Virus record (IMG/VR): IMGVR_UViG_3300030419_000438
Span: 1 to 59,439 of that record
Direction: 5' to 3' (one strand)
Origin: a virus
Lineage: Duplodnaviria > Caudoviricetes
Length of the DNA: 59,439 bases
Numbering within the stretch: the stretch's first letter is position 1; the number at the start of each line of letters is the position of its first letter. The notes under the pieces were generated by a model that was not told the DNA's origin, ran no database searches, and saw only the letters and a list, made by a program, of their open reading frames with translations. A program made the position numbers and the translations under genes. This document shows positions 7,604 through 18,522 of this stretch, in pieces.

Positions 7604-10600
7604 TATTCTTCACCTTCAATTAATAATGGCAATGATTCTTTATTCCACTGATTTAAACGATTTTCAACTAATCGTACTATTTCAGAAGGTATTTTATCTT
7701 TTACTTCAAAAATTTGAGCAGTTCCTGTTCCTAAAAGATATGGTGTAAAATAACCTATACCACCTTTTTGTGTAGAATTTCTTAGTAACACATCCTCAAC
7801 ATATTTAGGTTCTTTAAATAAATTATTTGATGTAAGCATATCAAGTATTTTTACATCATTCATTTTTTTAGGTACAAAACTTTGATTATCTATTTTAATA
7901 GAATCTTTACCCTTACCCTTAACATAGTACCTCATTTTTTTAAACGCATGTAAGTCTTGAGCTAATTTTTTTTGAGCAATATAACTTTTTCTCATATGCT
8001 CATCTACTGTTTCTATTATTTTATTTATTTCATTTGGATCAGAATAATCTACAACTCCTTCACGAAGCTCACCAATTTTTTTCTTTAAACTGCTTTCAAT
8101 ATTTTTTATTTCTCTTACATTATTTGAAACTACCATCTGTATACTTTTATCATAGTTTATAGTTTGTTGTATAATTCCATAGTATTTTTTTACACTATCC
8201 TCAAAACGAGCGGGCCATCCTGTTTTACTCATTCCAGTTTTAGAGTTAAATTTTCTAGTATCTTTCCAAATATCTATTATTGTTTTAGGTGCAGCTTTTT
8301 CTATTAAAGCTTTATAAACTGTATCCATAAAAGCTTGTTCATTACCATACTTATCTCTTCCACGAAGTGCATCAAGAATAAATTCTGCTGCTAGTGATTC
8401 TCTTATTAGGGGTTCAATAACTTTACCTACTTTAGAAAGAGTATCTTGTATAAGATTTTCATCTAAAGGTTGTCCACTAGTTGCATATTGATATATAGCC
8501 TTCATTAATTTTAATGGTGCATCTTGAGGATTAGTACGACTAACATTAATAAAGTTTACTTCAACACTACCTGTCTTTGGATTAAGAAAGATTGGTGTGT
8601 TAAATCGTCTTGTAGAATTTTTATCATATGGAGGAACAACTACCTCAGTGGCTCCCATATCATCCTCTGATATTCCATTAGCTTCATTATTTGATATAAG
8701 ATATCCTGTACCAAGAACACCAACTGTTGTAGCAGAAGCCATTCTATTTGCACCCGCTTTCCATAATGCAGGATTTTTATCTTTAATACCTCTAAGAAAA
8801 TCTTGACCACCTATTAAAAAGTTATTTTTAAAAACTCTAAGACTTTCAGCAGTAAAAGATGGAAAGGCTCCAATAACACCAGTCTGTCTTGTAGCTTTTA
8901 AAAATCTTGGAACTCTTGAATAAGTTGGTAATGTATCCTTAACAATTCTTGCAGCATACTCTTCAATGTCTGCCTTAGTCATTGATTTGTTTGCTAACTG
9001 TTTACTAAAAACTTTAGTATATCTATCTATTTCTTTATAATAATTATATACTTTAAATATGTCATCCTCTGCTCTATAAACTTTAGCAATGCCATCAATA
9101 AGTTTAGCCCCTCCTCTGACAAATTTATTTTTATTATATAAAAGCTTATCAAAGTCTGCATCATCAAGAGAACGATAGAAAAATTCTTGATTAACACCAC
9201 TATTAACTAAACCTTTTTTCTGAAGATCAGCATATTCTTCAGGATCAATTTTTAATTTTCCACCTACCTTATTAACAAGCCTGTTCATTGTAGGATTATA
9301 TGTTAACATTTCTTTTAAACCACCTGCAAGCGGCTTATAATTACCATTAGCAAGTGTCATAACCATGTTACCAGTTATGTTAAGAGCATGAGTAGATTCA
9401 GATAAAACAGTCTGCGCTCCAGAGAACCAAGCATTCATTGCATTTGTAATTTTAAAAACTGTATTAAAAGCTTTACCTTCAGGTGTTTGAATATCTAGTC
9501 CTTTATTTAATTTATTTTTATAACTTTTAGTAGTCATTATACCTGTAAGTGGATTAGCATCTGGCCCTAAAGTTTTAATATAATCATTTGCTATATCAGC
9601 TAATTCACTTGTAAATGTTTGTTCTCCCACTTCTGTAGCTACACCAGTTTCTTCATCTGGCCGAACTGTTTTTGTGCCTCTAGGTTTAAATTTTGATCCT
9701 GTTCTAAATAGTTGAGAACCATAATCACTAAGAGCTATATCTCTCATGTCCGTTAAAAACTGATGCTCTGCAATTAGTTTACCTTGCTTTTCTATAGTAG
9801 CCATTGCCCTACTTGTAGGATTTTCAACTTGACGTAAAAGTTTACGAATATCACTAGGGATATATTTTTGCCCTGTCATAATCTTTCCAAGAACATGACC
9901 ATCACTTTGAACTTTAGGAAATAAAGAATTTATAAATTCTTCTTCACCTTTACTATAGGCATCAACAGTTTTTTGTACTAGCTCATCTATACCTCTTTCA
10001 GATTCTTTTGGATTTCTTTTTATATGATAACCACGTATACCATCTATAATCTCTAAAGCTTCAACATCATCTACTTTACCTTTATGTGCATTTTGTATGC
10101 GCTTTACCCATTGAGGATTTGTAAATACTTCATAGTCTGTAGTTACATACAAACCAATTTTATTATCAACGGCGGCATTAATTTCTTTACCGCCTGTTAA
10201 ACCTCTCTTTATAATATCTCTACTATAGTTATCAATAACAGTTCTTATCTTAGTAATTTCATTAGCCACATTTACAGGTAACTGAGTTATAGCACTAGTC
10301 TGACGTTTTCTAGCTTCATTTAAAACTTTACGTTGATAAGCTTCAACAATCTTTTTTTCATCTTTTGTTGGTTTCTTTTTCTTTTTTAATATTTTCAATA
10401 CTTCTTGTGGAGCAGTTTCATCAATAGGGTCTATCCTACCCAATGCATCATTGACTAGTTCTATATCTTCTTTATCTATTTGATTAAGTTTTTTACCAAA
10501 TTCTTTTTCAAGAACTTTAAGAAAATCTTTTCCATATTCTTCTGCGTTAGCAGAAGCAGTACGTAAACTATTATCTAATCTTTCAGCAGCTAAAAAAGAT

Positions 10601-11685
10601 TGCTCATCTAATCCTTGTCTAGATGTAAACCATCTTTTTAAAAAATTTTTAGATTCTTTTGCATACTTAGGAGTAAGAAGTTTAATTGGTTGTTTAAATC
10701 TTACTTTTTGTTGATACGTACCATCAGGACGTTCTACAACTTCAGTGTCTGTTATTTTATTTGTATCATCTTTAGGTGGTTGTAATACACCATCTTCTCT
10801 AACAGCTTTTCTTTTAGCCATTACTTTTCTTATTAAAGGAGCAGCCGCAATAATACCAACCTCTGTTATACCACCAAGAACAGTACCTTCAATAGCTTTC
10901 TTAAATAGTTTTATAGAGTCAGCATCATCTGGATTAATAGCTATCTTATCTAACAGATCATAAACTATACCCTCACCACCTGGAAAAGTTTCTAAGATCA
11001 TATTAGCTAAGTTTTCATTTTTATCTGTAACAATAATATCTGCTGCTGTAAATCCTGCAACAGTAGGTATTGCTCCACCTAAAGTTTTAAGTTCTCTTTT
11101 AGCTAAAGCAGGAGCAGCCTTTGCAATACCTTTTGTTAATGCACCACCAACAGTAAATATACCAGCTAACTCTCCAACTATTTCTTCACCTAAATTAACC
11201 TTTGGATCAAAAGTTGTTTGTAATGCTCTATATACTTTACTATCTGAAAGACTATCATCTATTTTATCTGCAACCTCTCCTATAGGTTTTGTAATCTTTT
11301 CAGGTAATACCATTTCTCCTGCTTCAACAACTCCAGATCCAAAACTTCCTATACCTGATGCAATAGCTCGGAAGGGATCATCTATAAAAGAACGTAGTGC
11401 AGATACTTCTTTATCTCTTAGATGAGCAGGTACAAATGTAGGACTTATTTGTAATAATCCAAAGAGTGAAAAAGGAGAGTCAGCATACTCCTCCTTCATC
11501 TCAAAGTATTTTTCTTCTGCTTCTAAAGCTTCATCAGCAGCATCATAGTACTCGTCAGCAGTTACGTCATACTTAGATCGTAAGTAATTATCTATCTGAC
11601 TTCGTTCTAATTTATTACTGTTGATTTGATTTTTTAAATCTTCAGCTATTTCTACAAAAGACCCAGTATTATAATTTAGAGCCAT
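7603..11685 (-). CDS. Large internal virion/ejection protein
   Basis: 1360 aa, helical composition, at the end of the morphogenesis module. Function inferred from position. Confidence 0.6.
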   Translation of the reverse strand: MALNYNTGSFVEIAEDLKNQINSNKLERSQIDNYLRSKYDVTADEYYDAADEALEAEEKYFEMKEEYADSPFSLFGLLQISPTFVPAHLRDKEVSALRSFIDDPFRAIASGIGSFGSGVVEAGEMVLPEKITKPIGEVADKIDDSLSDSKVYRALQTTFDPKVNLGEEIVGELAGIFTVGGALTKGIAKAAPALAKRELKTLGGAIPTVAGFTAADIIVTDKNENLANMILETFPGGEGIVYDLLDKIAINPDDADSIKLFKKAIEGTVLGGITEVGIIAAAPLIRKVMAKRKAVREDGVLQPPKDDTNKITDTEVVERPDGTYQQKVRFKQPIKLLTPKYAKESKNFLKRWFTSRQGLDEQSFLAAERLDNSLRTASANAEEYGKDFLKVLEKEFGKKLNQIDKEDIELVNDALGRIDPIDETAPQEVLKILKKKKKPTKDEKKIVEAYQRKVLNEARKRQTSAITQLPVNVANEITKIRTVIDNYSRDIIKRGLTGGKEINAAVDNKIGLYVTTDYEVFTNPQWVKRIQNAHKGKVDDVEALEIIDGIRGYHIKRNPKESERGIDELVQKTVDAYSKGEEEFINSLFPKVQSDGHVLGKIMTGQKYIPSDIRKLLRQVENPTSRAMATIEKQGKLIAEHQFLTDMRDIALSDYGSQLFRTGSKFKPRGTKTVRPDEETGVATEVGEQTFTSELADIANDYIKTLGPDANPLTGIMTTKSYKNKLNKGLDIQTPEGKAFNTVFKITNAMNAWFSGAQTVLSESTHALNITGNMVMTLANGNYKPLAGGLKEMLTYNPTMNRLVNKVGGKLKIDPEEYADLQKKGLVNSGVNQEFFYRSLDDADFDKLLYNKNKFVRGGAKLIDGIAKVYRAEDDIFKVYNYYKEIDRYTKVFSKQLANKSMTKADIEEYAARIVKDTLPTYSRVPRFLKATRQTGVIGAFPSFTAESLRVFKNNFLIGGQDFLRGIKDKNPALWKAGANRMASATTVGVLGTGYLISNNEANGISEDDMGATEVVVPPYDKNSTRRFNTPIFLNPKTGSVEVNFINVSRTNPQDAPLKLMKAIYQYATSGQPLDENLIQDTLSKVGKVIEPLIRESLAAEFILDALRGRDKYGNEQAFMDTVYKALIEKAAPKTIIDIWKDTRKFNSKTGMSKTGWPARFEDSVKKYYGIIQQTINYDKSIQMVVSNNVREIKNIESSLKKKIGELREGVVDYSDPNEINKIIETVDEHMRKSYIAQKKLAQDLHAFKKMRYYVKGKGKDSIKIDNQSFVPKKMNDVKILDMLTSNNLFKEPKYVEDVLLRNSTQKGGIGYFTPYLLGTGTAQIFEVKDKIPSEIVRLVENRLNQWNKESLPLLIEGEE

Positions 11686-11699
11686 TTAAATTATTCCTA

Positions 11700-14024
11700 T
11701 TATCGTGTTGGGATGCCTGTCACATTTGTAGGATTTACTTGTGGATTAAGAGGAGGAGGATTAGAAGTTCCAGATGATAAAGAACCTTTTTTACCACCAG
11801 AACTTTTAGGTTTACTACTTTCAGGAAAAGCCTCTCCTAAAGCTGTAAGTTCATCTTTACCAGCCTTACGTAAAGCAGCATATTTTTTCATTCCATTTTG
11901 TAAATATTCAAATACTTCTTCACTTTGTTCTGGACTAACAAACTTCTCACCTTTTCTCATTCGGAAATTACCAGCCTCATCCACTGTTACTGAAATACCA
12001 AATTTTTTATTTGCTTGATTTTCAAGAAATTTTAATGCTGGCGCACTTAATTTTGCTAAATCTGGTTTTAAATCTTTAGCAAGTTTTGCTAATTTAAGAG
12101 GTAGAGTCGCAGCTTCTTTTCTTGCTTCTTGTTTAGCTTTTAAGTCAGATTCTTCACCTTCTAATTCTAATTCAAGAAGTTTAAGCTCTTGTTCTTTTTG
12201 TTTAAGATATGCTTCTCTTTGTACTTCATCTAAACCAGACATACCTTGAACAAGTGCATTAATAAATCCTTTAGATGGGTCAGCACCCATTACTCTTCTA
12301 GCAGCTTCAGCTAAACCAACAAATCTATCTTGTTGAGGCATAGCTGCTTTTAATTTTTCCATTTGTGATGTTCTTAATTTTTTTCTTTCCTCTGCATCTA
12401 TTCTAGCTGCTTCACCTGATAGATATTTAGAAAATTCAGGATATGCTCCTTCAAGTTGCTTTAATGTATTTAACAAAGAAGATTGTCCAGATGTAGGTAA
12501 AATATTTCTAGAAGGTAATGGTGCAGTAGTTCTAGCCCTATAACCAGCATCTGCTAAATCATATTCAAAGTCAAGATCACCACCTACTCGACGTTTAACA
12601 ACAGGCAGACTACGTAGACCCCCACCATCTTTCATTCCAAAGGTATCTGCTCTCTGTTCATATGCCTCTTTATGTGCATTAAGTTCTGCTTGTGGCATTG
12701 CACCAAATTTTGTAGATAGCTGTTCGATTCCTGGGGAGTATCCTGACATACGCTGCTGCATCAAGTATCGTAGTGGATGTCCAAATGTTTGATTATAAGT
12801 TCTAGAGATACCTGCTGAAGCCCTTCTTAAATTTTGCATGTCTCTATCCATAGCTTCTTTATAAGAATTTAAAGAACCAGCAGCATTATCTATATTCTCT
12901 ATAACATTAGTTTGTCTTGGGCGAGGAAACACACTACCAAACAAACTACCTAATCCTCCTTTTATCGCAGGAGAAGCGGCAATACGTGGTCCTTGGCTAA
13001 AAATATTAGGTACTTCACCACCTTCTTGTCTTTGTACAACACGCCCACCATATTTCTTACCTGCAAGACTACGACTAAAATTACCCATAGTCCACGGTCC
13101 ACTACCACCAGCACCAAGACCACGACCATAAATATTAAGACCAGTTAGCCCAAGACCTAGAAGACCCTGACCTATTGAAGAGGTAGGTTGTAACATTCCT
13201 GTTTTAGTTGTAGTAACATCAGGCTGTCGTAAATAGGGATTACCATAAACAAAACTAGAGAACTGTGCAAGTTCACTTTCTGGATATTGCTCTTGCTCCG
13301 TATATTCCCTAAATGCTTTGTCAAATTCTGCTTGTGTTTCTGCTCTATCAGCTTGTGCAAGTTTTTGTCCAAGACCCTGTTCAGCCAAACCAGTTTGGAA
13401 CTTTGTTAATCCTAAACCTTGAAGATCAGCAGCCCTGGCACGTTCTCTTGCAGCCTGATCAGTAAACTGACGATAGGCATCTTCATAGGCTTTCTGTTGT
13501 CCTCTTGTTTGTATATCACCTAGCTGTTGACTAAACGCATCACCAAGCCTAGCTGCCTGTACAGCCGCACGACTACCAAGACCAGACATGCCACCAGCAT
13601 CAATAGCTTGCTTTTCAAACGCTGGCATAACTCTACTTTGAAAATCTTCTTGAGCTTTTCTTTTTTCTATATCCACAACAGCTTGTTGATAAGGACTCAT
13701 AAATTTTTCAGCTTGTTCTGCTGTAAACTTTGTGTCTATACCACGTAATGCCTCTTCTGCTTCTGTTATATATTTTTCTTGCCCACCAACTAATTTACGT
13801 AATCCAGCAATTGCATCTAGTTCTTCTTGAGTTCTAGGTGCAATAGTTTCACCAGGATAAGGTTGATATCCTTTATCTCTAGCAAGTTCATATTGCTTTT
13901 GAGCTTCTTCAAGAACCTGCTTTACATAAGGGGAAATCTCTTCAGGAAGCTTGCTTGACTGAATAGTAGTTGTTGTAGTTGGTGTTGGTTTAGTCCTACC
14001 AAAAAGAAAATCTAAAATTGCCAT
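11700..14024 (-). CDS. Internal virion / DNA pilot protein
   Basis: YQPYPGETIA, FMSPYQQAVVD, GLGSRAAV, Q/A-rich coiled coils typical of podovirus ejection proteins. Confidence 0.65.
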   Translation of the reverse strand: MAILDFLFGRTKPTPTTTTTIQSSKLPEEISPYVKQVLEEAQKQYELARDKGYQPYPGETIAPRTQEELDAIAGLRKLVGGQEKYITEAEEALRGIDTKFTAEQAEKFMSPYQQAVVDIEKRKAQEDFQSRVMPAFEKQAIDAGGMSGLGSRAAVQAARLGDAFSQQLGDIQTRGQQKAYEDAYRQFTDQAARERARAADLQGLGLTKFQTGLAEQGLGQKLAQADRAETQAEFDKAFREYTEQEQYPESELAQFSSFVYGNPYLRQPDVTTTKTGMLQPTSSIGQGLLGLGLTGLNIYGRGLGAGGSGPWTMGNFSRSLAGKKYGGRVVQRQEGGEVPNIFSQGPRIAASPAIKGGLGSLFGSVFPRPRQTNVIENIDNAAGSLNSYKEAMDRDMQNLRRASAGISRTYNQTFGHPLRYLMQQRMSGYSPGIEQLSTKFGAMPQAELNAHKEAYEQRADTFGMKDGGGLRSLPVVKRRVGGDLDFEYDLADAGYRARTTAPLPSRNILPTSGQSSLLNTLKQLEGAYPEFSKYLSGEAARIDAEERKKLRTSQMEKLKAAMPQQDRFVGLAEAARRVMGADPSKGFINALVQGMSGLDEVQREAYLKQKEQELKLLELELEGEESDLKAKQEARKEAATLPLKLAKLAKDLKPDLAKLSAPALKFLENQANKKFGISVTVDEAGNFRMRKGEKFVSPEQSEEVFEYLQNGMKKYAALRKAGKDELTALGEAFPESSKPKSSGGKKGSLSSGTSNPPPLNPQVNPTNVTGIPTR

Positions 14025-14029
14025 AATGC

Positions 14030-14662
14030 TTATCCTATCATTTTATTCCTGAGTGATTGTAATCCATTAATTTGATTCGGTTGTTGTGTAGTACCAAACG
14101 CTTCCTGCCTAACTTCTTTAACTATTTGATCCATTATATCTGCACCCTCATCAGCACTTCCATTTCCTAGTGCAGACATTGTATGAGCATCGACAACATA
14201 CTCATCAGGACTAACAGCAAGTGTAGCTACTTGATCTCCCCTATCTACAATAGGCATATATACATTATCTTCCATACCATGTCCATCACCTGGAACCTGA
14301 CCAGAGAAACCCTCTAATGCTTGTCCACCACCCCTTGCTGTTTGCATACGCATCATAGCTAAGTTATCAAGTGGTGAGTCTGACTCTAAAGCTTGTTTAA
14401 CATTCTGCATATTAGCCATTCTTTGTGGATCAGCAGGTCTAACATTCATAGACCTTTGCATTTGGTTAGGCATAGGCTGTGGAGGAGGAGCAGCATTAGC
14501 ATACGCTGCTGCATCTACTAAATCCATTGGACTACCAGCTTGTGTTTCTAACATAGGCATAAACTTCTTTAAATCTTTCTCTGCTATATTAGCTTGATCC
14601 AAAAGTTTTTCTAACCCAGCTTTTAAAGCAGCATCTTTTAATAATGAAATAGGTATTGTCAT
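14030..14662 (-). CDS. Virion-associated protein
   Basis: VPGDGHGMEDNV...VSPDEYVVDA...LGNGSADEGA, a motif common in phage virion proteins. Confidence 0.6.
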   Translation of the reverse strand: MTIPISLLKDAALKAGLEKLLDQANIAEKDLKKFMPMLETQAGSPMDLVDAAAYANAAPPPQPMPNQMQRSMNVRPADPQRMANMQNVKQALESDSPLDNLAMMRMQTARGGGQALEGFSGQVPGDGHGMEDNVYMPIVDRGDQVATLAVSPDEYVVDAHTMSALGNGSADEGADIMDQIVKEVRQEAFGTTQQPNQINGLQSLRNKMIG

Positions 14663-14844
14663 GTTAAATAATCCAAATCTTTAAAAACCTTGTTACTACT
14701 ATTATACTCTATTTTTGCGTTTTTCGCAAATAACTCTTGCTTTTCATCTTGCCTATACCGTACAGGATCAACAACATAGCCCTGATTAAGATTACTAAAG
14801 TATGTACTATTATTAACTAAATTAAAATAATCAGATTGTTTCAT
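14659..14844 (-). CDS. Hypothetical protein
   Basis: TAATG coupling at 14844; 61 aa; contains an internal promoter. Confidence 0.45.
   Translation of the reverse strand: MKQSDYFNLVNNSTYFSNLNQGYVVDPVRYRQDEKQELFAKNAKIEYNSSNKVFKDLDYLT
14701..14729 (-). promoter_or_regulatory. Late-arm promoter TTGCGA-N17-TATAAT
   Basis: Minus strand ATTTGCGA...TATAATAGTAG, upstream of the internal virion genes. Confidence 0.6.
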
Positions 14845-15119
14845 TAATTTAAATCCTGCCAAGATGTTTCTGACCCAAGACTAACATAACCTTTAAACTT
14901 TCCCGTACTTGTAGAATAAGCAATAGCTCCCTTAACAGGACGACCTATACTTGTAACTGTAGTCACCCTAAAAATAGTTTGCGCTTCAGCAGAGTCAACC
15001 TGTAAATCTCTAGAGTCTAGTTCCTGTACTAATACTTCTCCCCAATTTCTTACTTGTTTATACATATCAACTAAGTCATCGTTGGTTAGTGTAAATGGTA
15101 GAGTAGGGTATCTTGCCAT
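14844..15119 (-). CDS. Hypothetical virion protein
   Basis: 91 aa, coupled on both sides; GAIAYSTSTGKFKGY...WQDL. Confidence 0.7.
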   Translation of the reverse strand: MARYPTLPFTLTNDDLVDMYKQVRNWGEVLVQELDSRDLQVDSAEAQTIFRVTTVTSIGRPVKGAIAYSTSTGKFKGYVSLGSETSWQDLN

Positions 15120-17563
15120 TATCGCTCCCCGTCACCTTGTAGTGCCAAGCGGACTGATCCCCATCGCCAGCTTGCATTTTTTGTTTCACAAGATACCCTT
15201 ACTTTAGCTTGCCTTCCTCTTGCTCTAATATTAATTTTTTCTGTATTATTAAATATATCAAATGTCTTAGTCACTTCTTCTGAACTTTCTGGATATTTTT
15301 TTGTAGTTACTTGTAATTTAATTTTACCAGTAGAAAGATCAAAATCAGGAATAACTTTATTTATAAACATAACTGCATTACCATCATCTACATCAAATGT
15401 ACCAGACTCAACGAATGAAGTTAATGTTTCACCACTACCTGTAAATACTTCAGGAGGTTCGTTATTATATATGTTATTGCCAGAAGCAGTTACACCTGTT
15501 GTTATTGTACTACCAAATACACTACGATCAGTAAATGTCGTAAAGATCATATCACCATATACCCAATAGTTCTCTTCTGGATTAAAGATAACATATTTAT
15601 TACATTCAGTCTGACCTGTAGATGCATACAACCAAATAATTTCTCTAAACTCTGAGTTAATACCACAGTAAACTTTATCATAATATGTTGTATTAATATC
15701 ATCAAAGATATAACGGCGAACTGTACAGGGAAGTACTTCTACAGCACCAGCATTTCGATAAAAGTTATCATAACCCATCCAATAAGTTACACCATTATAG
15801 TCAATTGCTGCATGAGGACCAATCAATCCACAGTTTGTACCTATTTGTTGAAATCTAAATACAAAGTTACCACCAACAAATTCCATTAACCAAAGGGAAT
15901 TATCAGTCCAAATATTAATAGCATTTCTTGCTCGTACAGCACCAACTATTCTAGTTCCGTCTGTTAATACATTATCACCAGCATCTGAACCAATCACAGT
16001 TGGATTCCATTGTGTTCTATTATCTTGAGAAGACCATCTAACCAACATAGGATTAAATGTACCACTTACCGTGGCTGTTGCTGAAAACTCATTAGTACCA
16101 AAACAAATAAGATGTCTATCATTAGGTGATACAATAAGTGAGTTAACACTTACAGGAGATGTTGTAACAGATGTAGCTCTAGTAGGTGTGGTAGATGCAT
16201 CACTATCATAATAAAATATACCACTACCACGCCTATTAGCCACAACATCTTCACCCCAGTTATCAAAACTCCACTGTGAAATATCAAAGATTAACCCACT
16301 AGCATCAGCAGAAGCTGGTGAGTTCCAGGTTCTACCTGATCCACCACCACCAGTTTGTTTATATATTAGTGCTGTCATATTTAAATTAGAAGTTACATCA
16401 CCACTTGCACTTGCATTAGTTGCTGCACTGACTATAACTTGTGTTCCATTAACAGATACAATAGTAAATGATGGACCTCCTGTTTTTACATCATAAATAA
16501 ATGTAGCATTTCCTCCAGCATCTGTAGATGTTGCAGCAGCAGCATCTGTAACTGATATAGTAAATGAATTAGCATTTATAATAGATGTTATTGGAAAAGT
16601 TTTTCCTCCTAAAATAATATTATCACCAATAGTTGCTCCTACAGATGAAAATGTAACACGATCATTTGTACTTTTACCATGACTATTATTTGAACAACAA
16701 ACTCTTGTTTCGCCTACTGATGTACCAAATACATTGGATAATGTTACAGGAGCCGCTCTAGTAAATTCTTTAGTTAAGTTAAGATTACCTCCTATTGTAG
16801 CTGCTACATTAGAACTTGCAGATGTTGCAATAGCAGGTTTAAATACTATATAATCATTTGCCACACCGCCATGTGCAGAAGCACACGAGACTGTTACTAA
16901 AGCATTGCCACCTGTAGCAGTTATCTTGGAGATACCTACAGATGTAGGGTCTACTGCATTATAATTTGCTGCACCATAACCTGTACCAGCAGCAGCCACA
17001 GAGAAGCCTGTAGGTAAATAATAATTAAATGTAGCAGCACCTCCTGTATCACTAGCTGTCGCATTTGCTGCATCAGTAACAGAAATTGTAAATACATTAG
17101 CACTTTCTATAGATACAATGCTATATAAATTACCTTGTAAACTAACATTATTAAAAGCTGCTACTGTTGTAAAAAGAACACGATCACCTACTTTACGTCC
17201 ATGACCCGCATCTGAACAACAAACCCTTGTACTCCCAGATGATGTACCAAATACATTAGATAATGTAACAACAGTTGCTATTGGTGTAATATCATATATA
17301 TTATCACCATTATGTTCATATAATTTTTCAGGTGTTCCGAAAATAGCTCTCTTGGTATTGTCTGCATCACTCCATGCAATTAAAGCTCTAGCTGATCCAT
17401 CAAACTTTGTACCATCTGCTCTTGTTTCATAGCCACGCATGTTCTCAGGTTTACCGTTTCGGAAGCGAACACGATTACCATCGTACCACTTACCTTCTTC
17501 AGCGTACTGAGTGGACTCCCTATGGAAGCCAGGTACAAAATCAAACTTAGCTAGTTTAGCCAT
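15119..17563 (-). CDS. Tail nozzle/stabilisation-like protein with inserted beta-sandwich repeats
   Basis: WYDGNRVRFRNG, WSFDNWGE, VRWSSQDN, CGLIGPHA, RARGRQ; repeated ...HG...DRV.F domains. Confidence 0.7.
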   Translation of the reverse strand: MAKLAKFDFVPGFHRESTQYAEEGKWYDGNRVRFRNGKPENMRGYETRADGTKFDGSARALIAWSDADNTKRAIFGTPEKLYEHNGDNIYDITPIATVVTLSNVFGTSSGSTRVCCSDAGHGRKVGDRVLFTTVAAFNNVSLQGNLYSIVSIESANVFTISVTDAANATASDTGGAATFNYYLPTGFSVAAAGTGYGAANYNAVDPTSVGISKITATGGNALVTVSCASAHGGVANDYIVFKPAIATSASSNVAATIGGNLNLTKEFTRAAPVTLSNVFGTSVGETRVCCSNNSHGKSTNDRVTFSSVGATIGDNIILGGKTFPITSIINANSFTISVTDAAAATSTDAGGNATFIYDVKTGGPSFTIVSVNGTQVIVSAATNASASGDVTSNLNMTALIYKQTGGGGSGRTWNSPASADASGLIFDISQWSFDNWGEDVVANRRGSGIFYYDSDASTTPTRATSVTTSPVSVNSLIVSPNDRHLICFGTNEFSATATVSGTFNPMLVRWSSQDNRTQWNPTVIGSDAGDNVLTDGTRIVGAVRARNAINIWTDNSLWLMEFVGGNFVFRFQQIGTNCGLIGPHAAIDYNGVTYWMGYDNFYRNAGAVEVLPCTVRRYIFDDINTTYYDKVYCGINSEFREIIWLYASTGQTECNKYVIFNPEENYWVYGDMIFTTFTDRSVFGSTITTGVTASGNNIYNNEPPEVFTGSGETLTSFVESGTFDVDDGNAVMFINKVIPDFDLSTGKIKLQVTTKKYPESSEEVTKTFDIFNNTEKINIRARGRQAKVRVSCETKNASWRWGSVRLALQGDGER

Positions 17564-17565
17564 TA

Positions 17566-18513
17566 TTAACTTCTACTAAAGTTTTTAACTAGAATTGCAT
17601 CTACTTTTGTCGTTGTTCGTACTGCATAAAATAATGTATCTACTGCATTAGCGGCTGTACTAAGCACAGGCACACTAGCACCAGGAAACTGAAACACAGT
17701 ATTATAACTTAATGTACGACTACCTGTTCCATCTTGTTGAATAAATATTTGACCAACAGCACCAATATTAGTGGTTGTTTCTGTAGGAGCCGCAAGCGTT
17801 CTATTACCAGCAAGAGTAACATAAAATACATTACCAGTATTTAAATCAGTAGCAACTGAAGCAGCATCTGTTAATGTTATAATAGGTGTTAAAGCACCTG
17901 TCATAAACTTACCTTTACCAGATACAGTTACTGTAGAACCAAACTGTGCTGCACCTGCAACTGTAACAGTTCCACCTATGTTCGTATTACCAGATACAGA
18001 TACATTTGTTTTAAATGTACCATCACCTGACACAGTAACAGTAGATTCAAACGTAGCTGCTCCAGTAACAGTAAGACTAGATAAATTAGTTTTTTCAACA
18101 GCTTGTACAGTTACTCCATTAGTAACATAAAGACCTACAGTTCCTGAAGCTATTGTTACACCTGTATTACCAGCAACTTTAAGGACAAGAGCATCTGTAG
18201 AATCTGTATAAGTTATAGAATTTTTAACAACATAAAGTTTAGAAGTATTAGGAATATGAACATTAATAGTATCATGTGTTCCACCAATAGTTCCTTTAAA
18301 TTCTAGAATAGCAGAACGTGCCTGATCTCCTGAACCTTGGTTATTAGTCAAGTCAATACTAGAATTTGCTCCTATACTAATAGAAGTATACCCCGCAATA
18401 GCACTATCTACAAGGCTAATTACTCCTTCATTTAAAATTTCACCCCATGTGTTGGGATTTTCTCCATCTGCCTGTTTTGTTAGACGAAGATTTGTTGAAT
18501 AAGTACTGGGCAT
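17566..18513 (-). CDS. Short tail fibre
   Basis: GENPNTWGEILN N-terminus; VSVSG/VTVAG repeats; C-terminal QDGTGSRTL adaptor domain. Confidence 0.7.
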   Translation of the reverse strand: MPSTYSTNLRLTKQADGENPNTWGEILNEGVISLVDSAIAGYTSISIGANSSIDLTNNQGSGDQARSAILEFKGTIGGTHDTINVHIPNTSKLYVVKNSITYTDSTDALVLKVAGNTGVTIASGTVGLYVTNGVTVQAVEKTNLSSLTVTGAATFESTVTVSGDGTFKTNVSVSGNTNIGGTVTVAGAAQFGSTVTVSGKGKFMTGALTPIITLTDAASVATDLNTGNVFYVTLAGNRTLAAPTETTTNIGAVGQIFIQQDGTGSRTLSYNTVFQFPGASVPVLSTAANAVDTLFYAVRTTTKVDAILVKNFSRS

Positions 18514-18522
18514 TATTAACTC

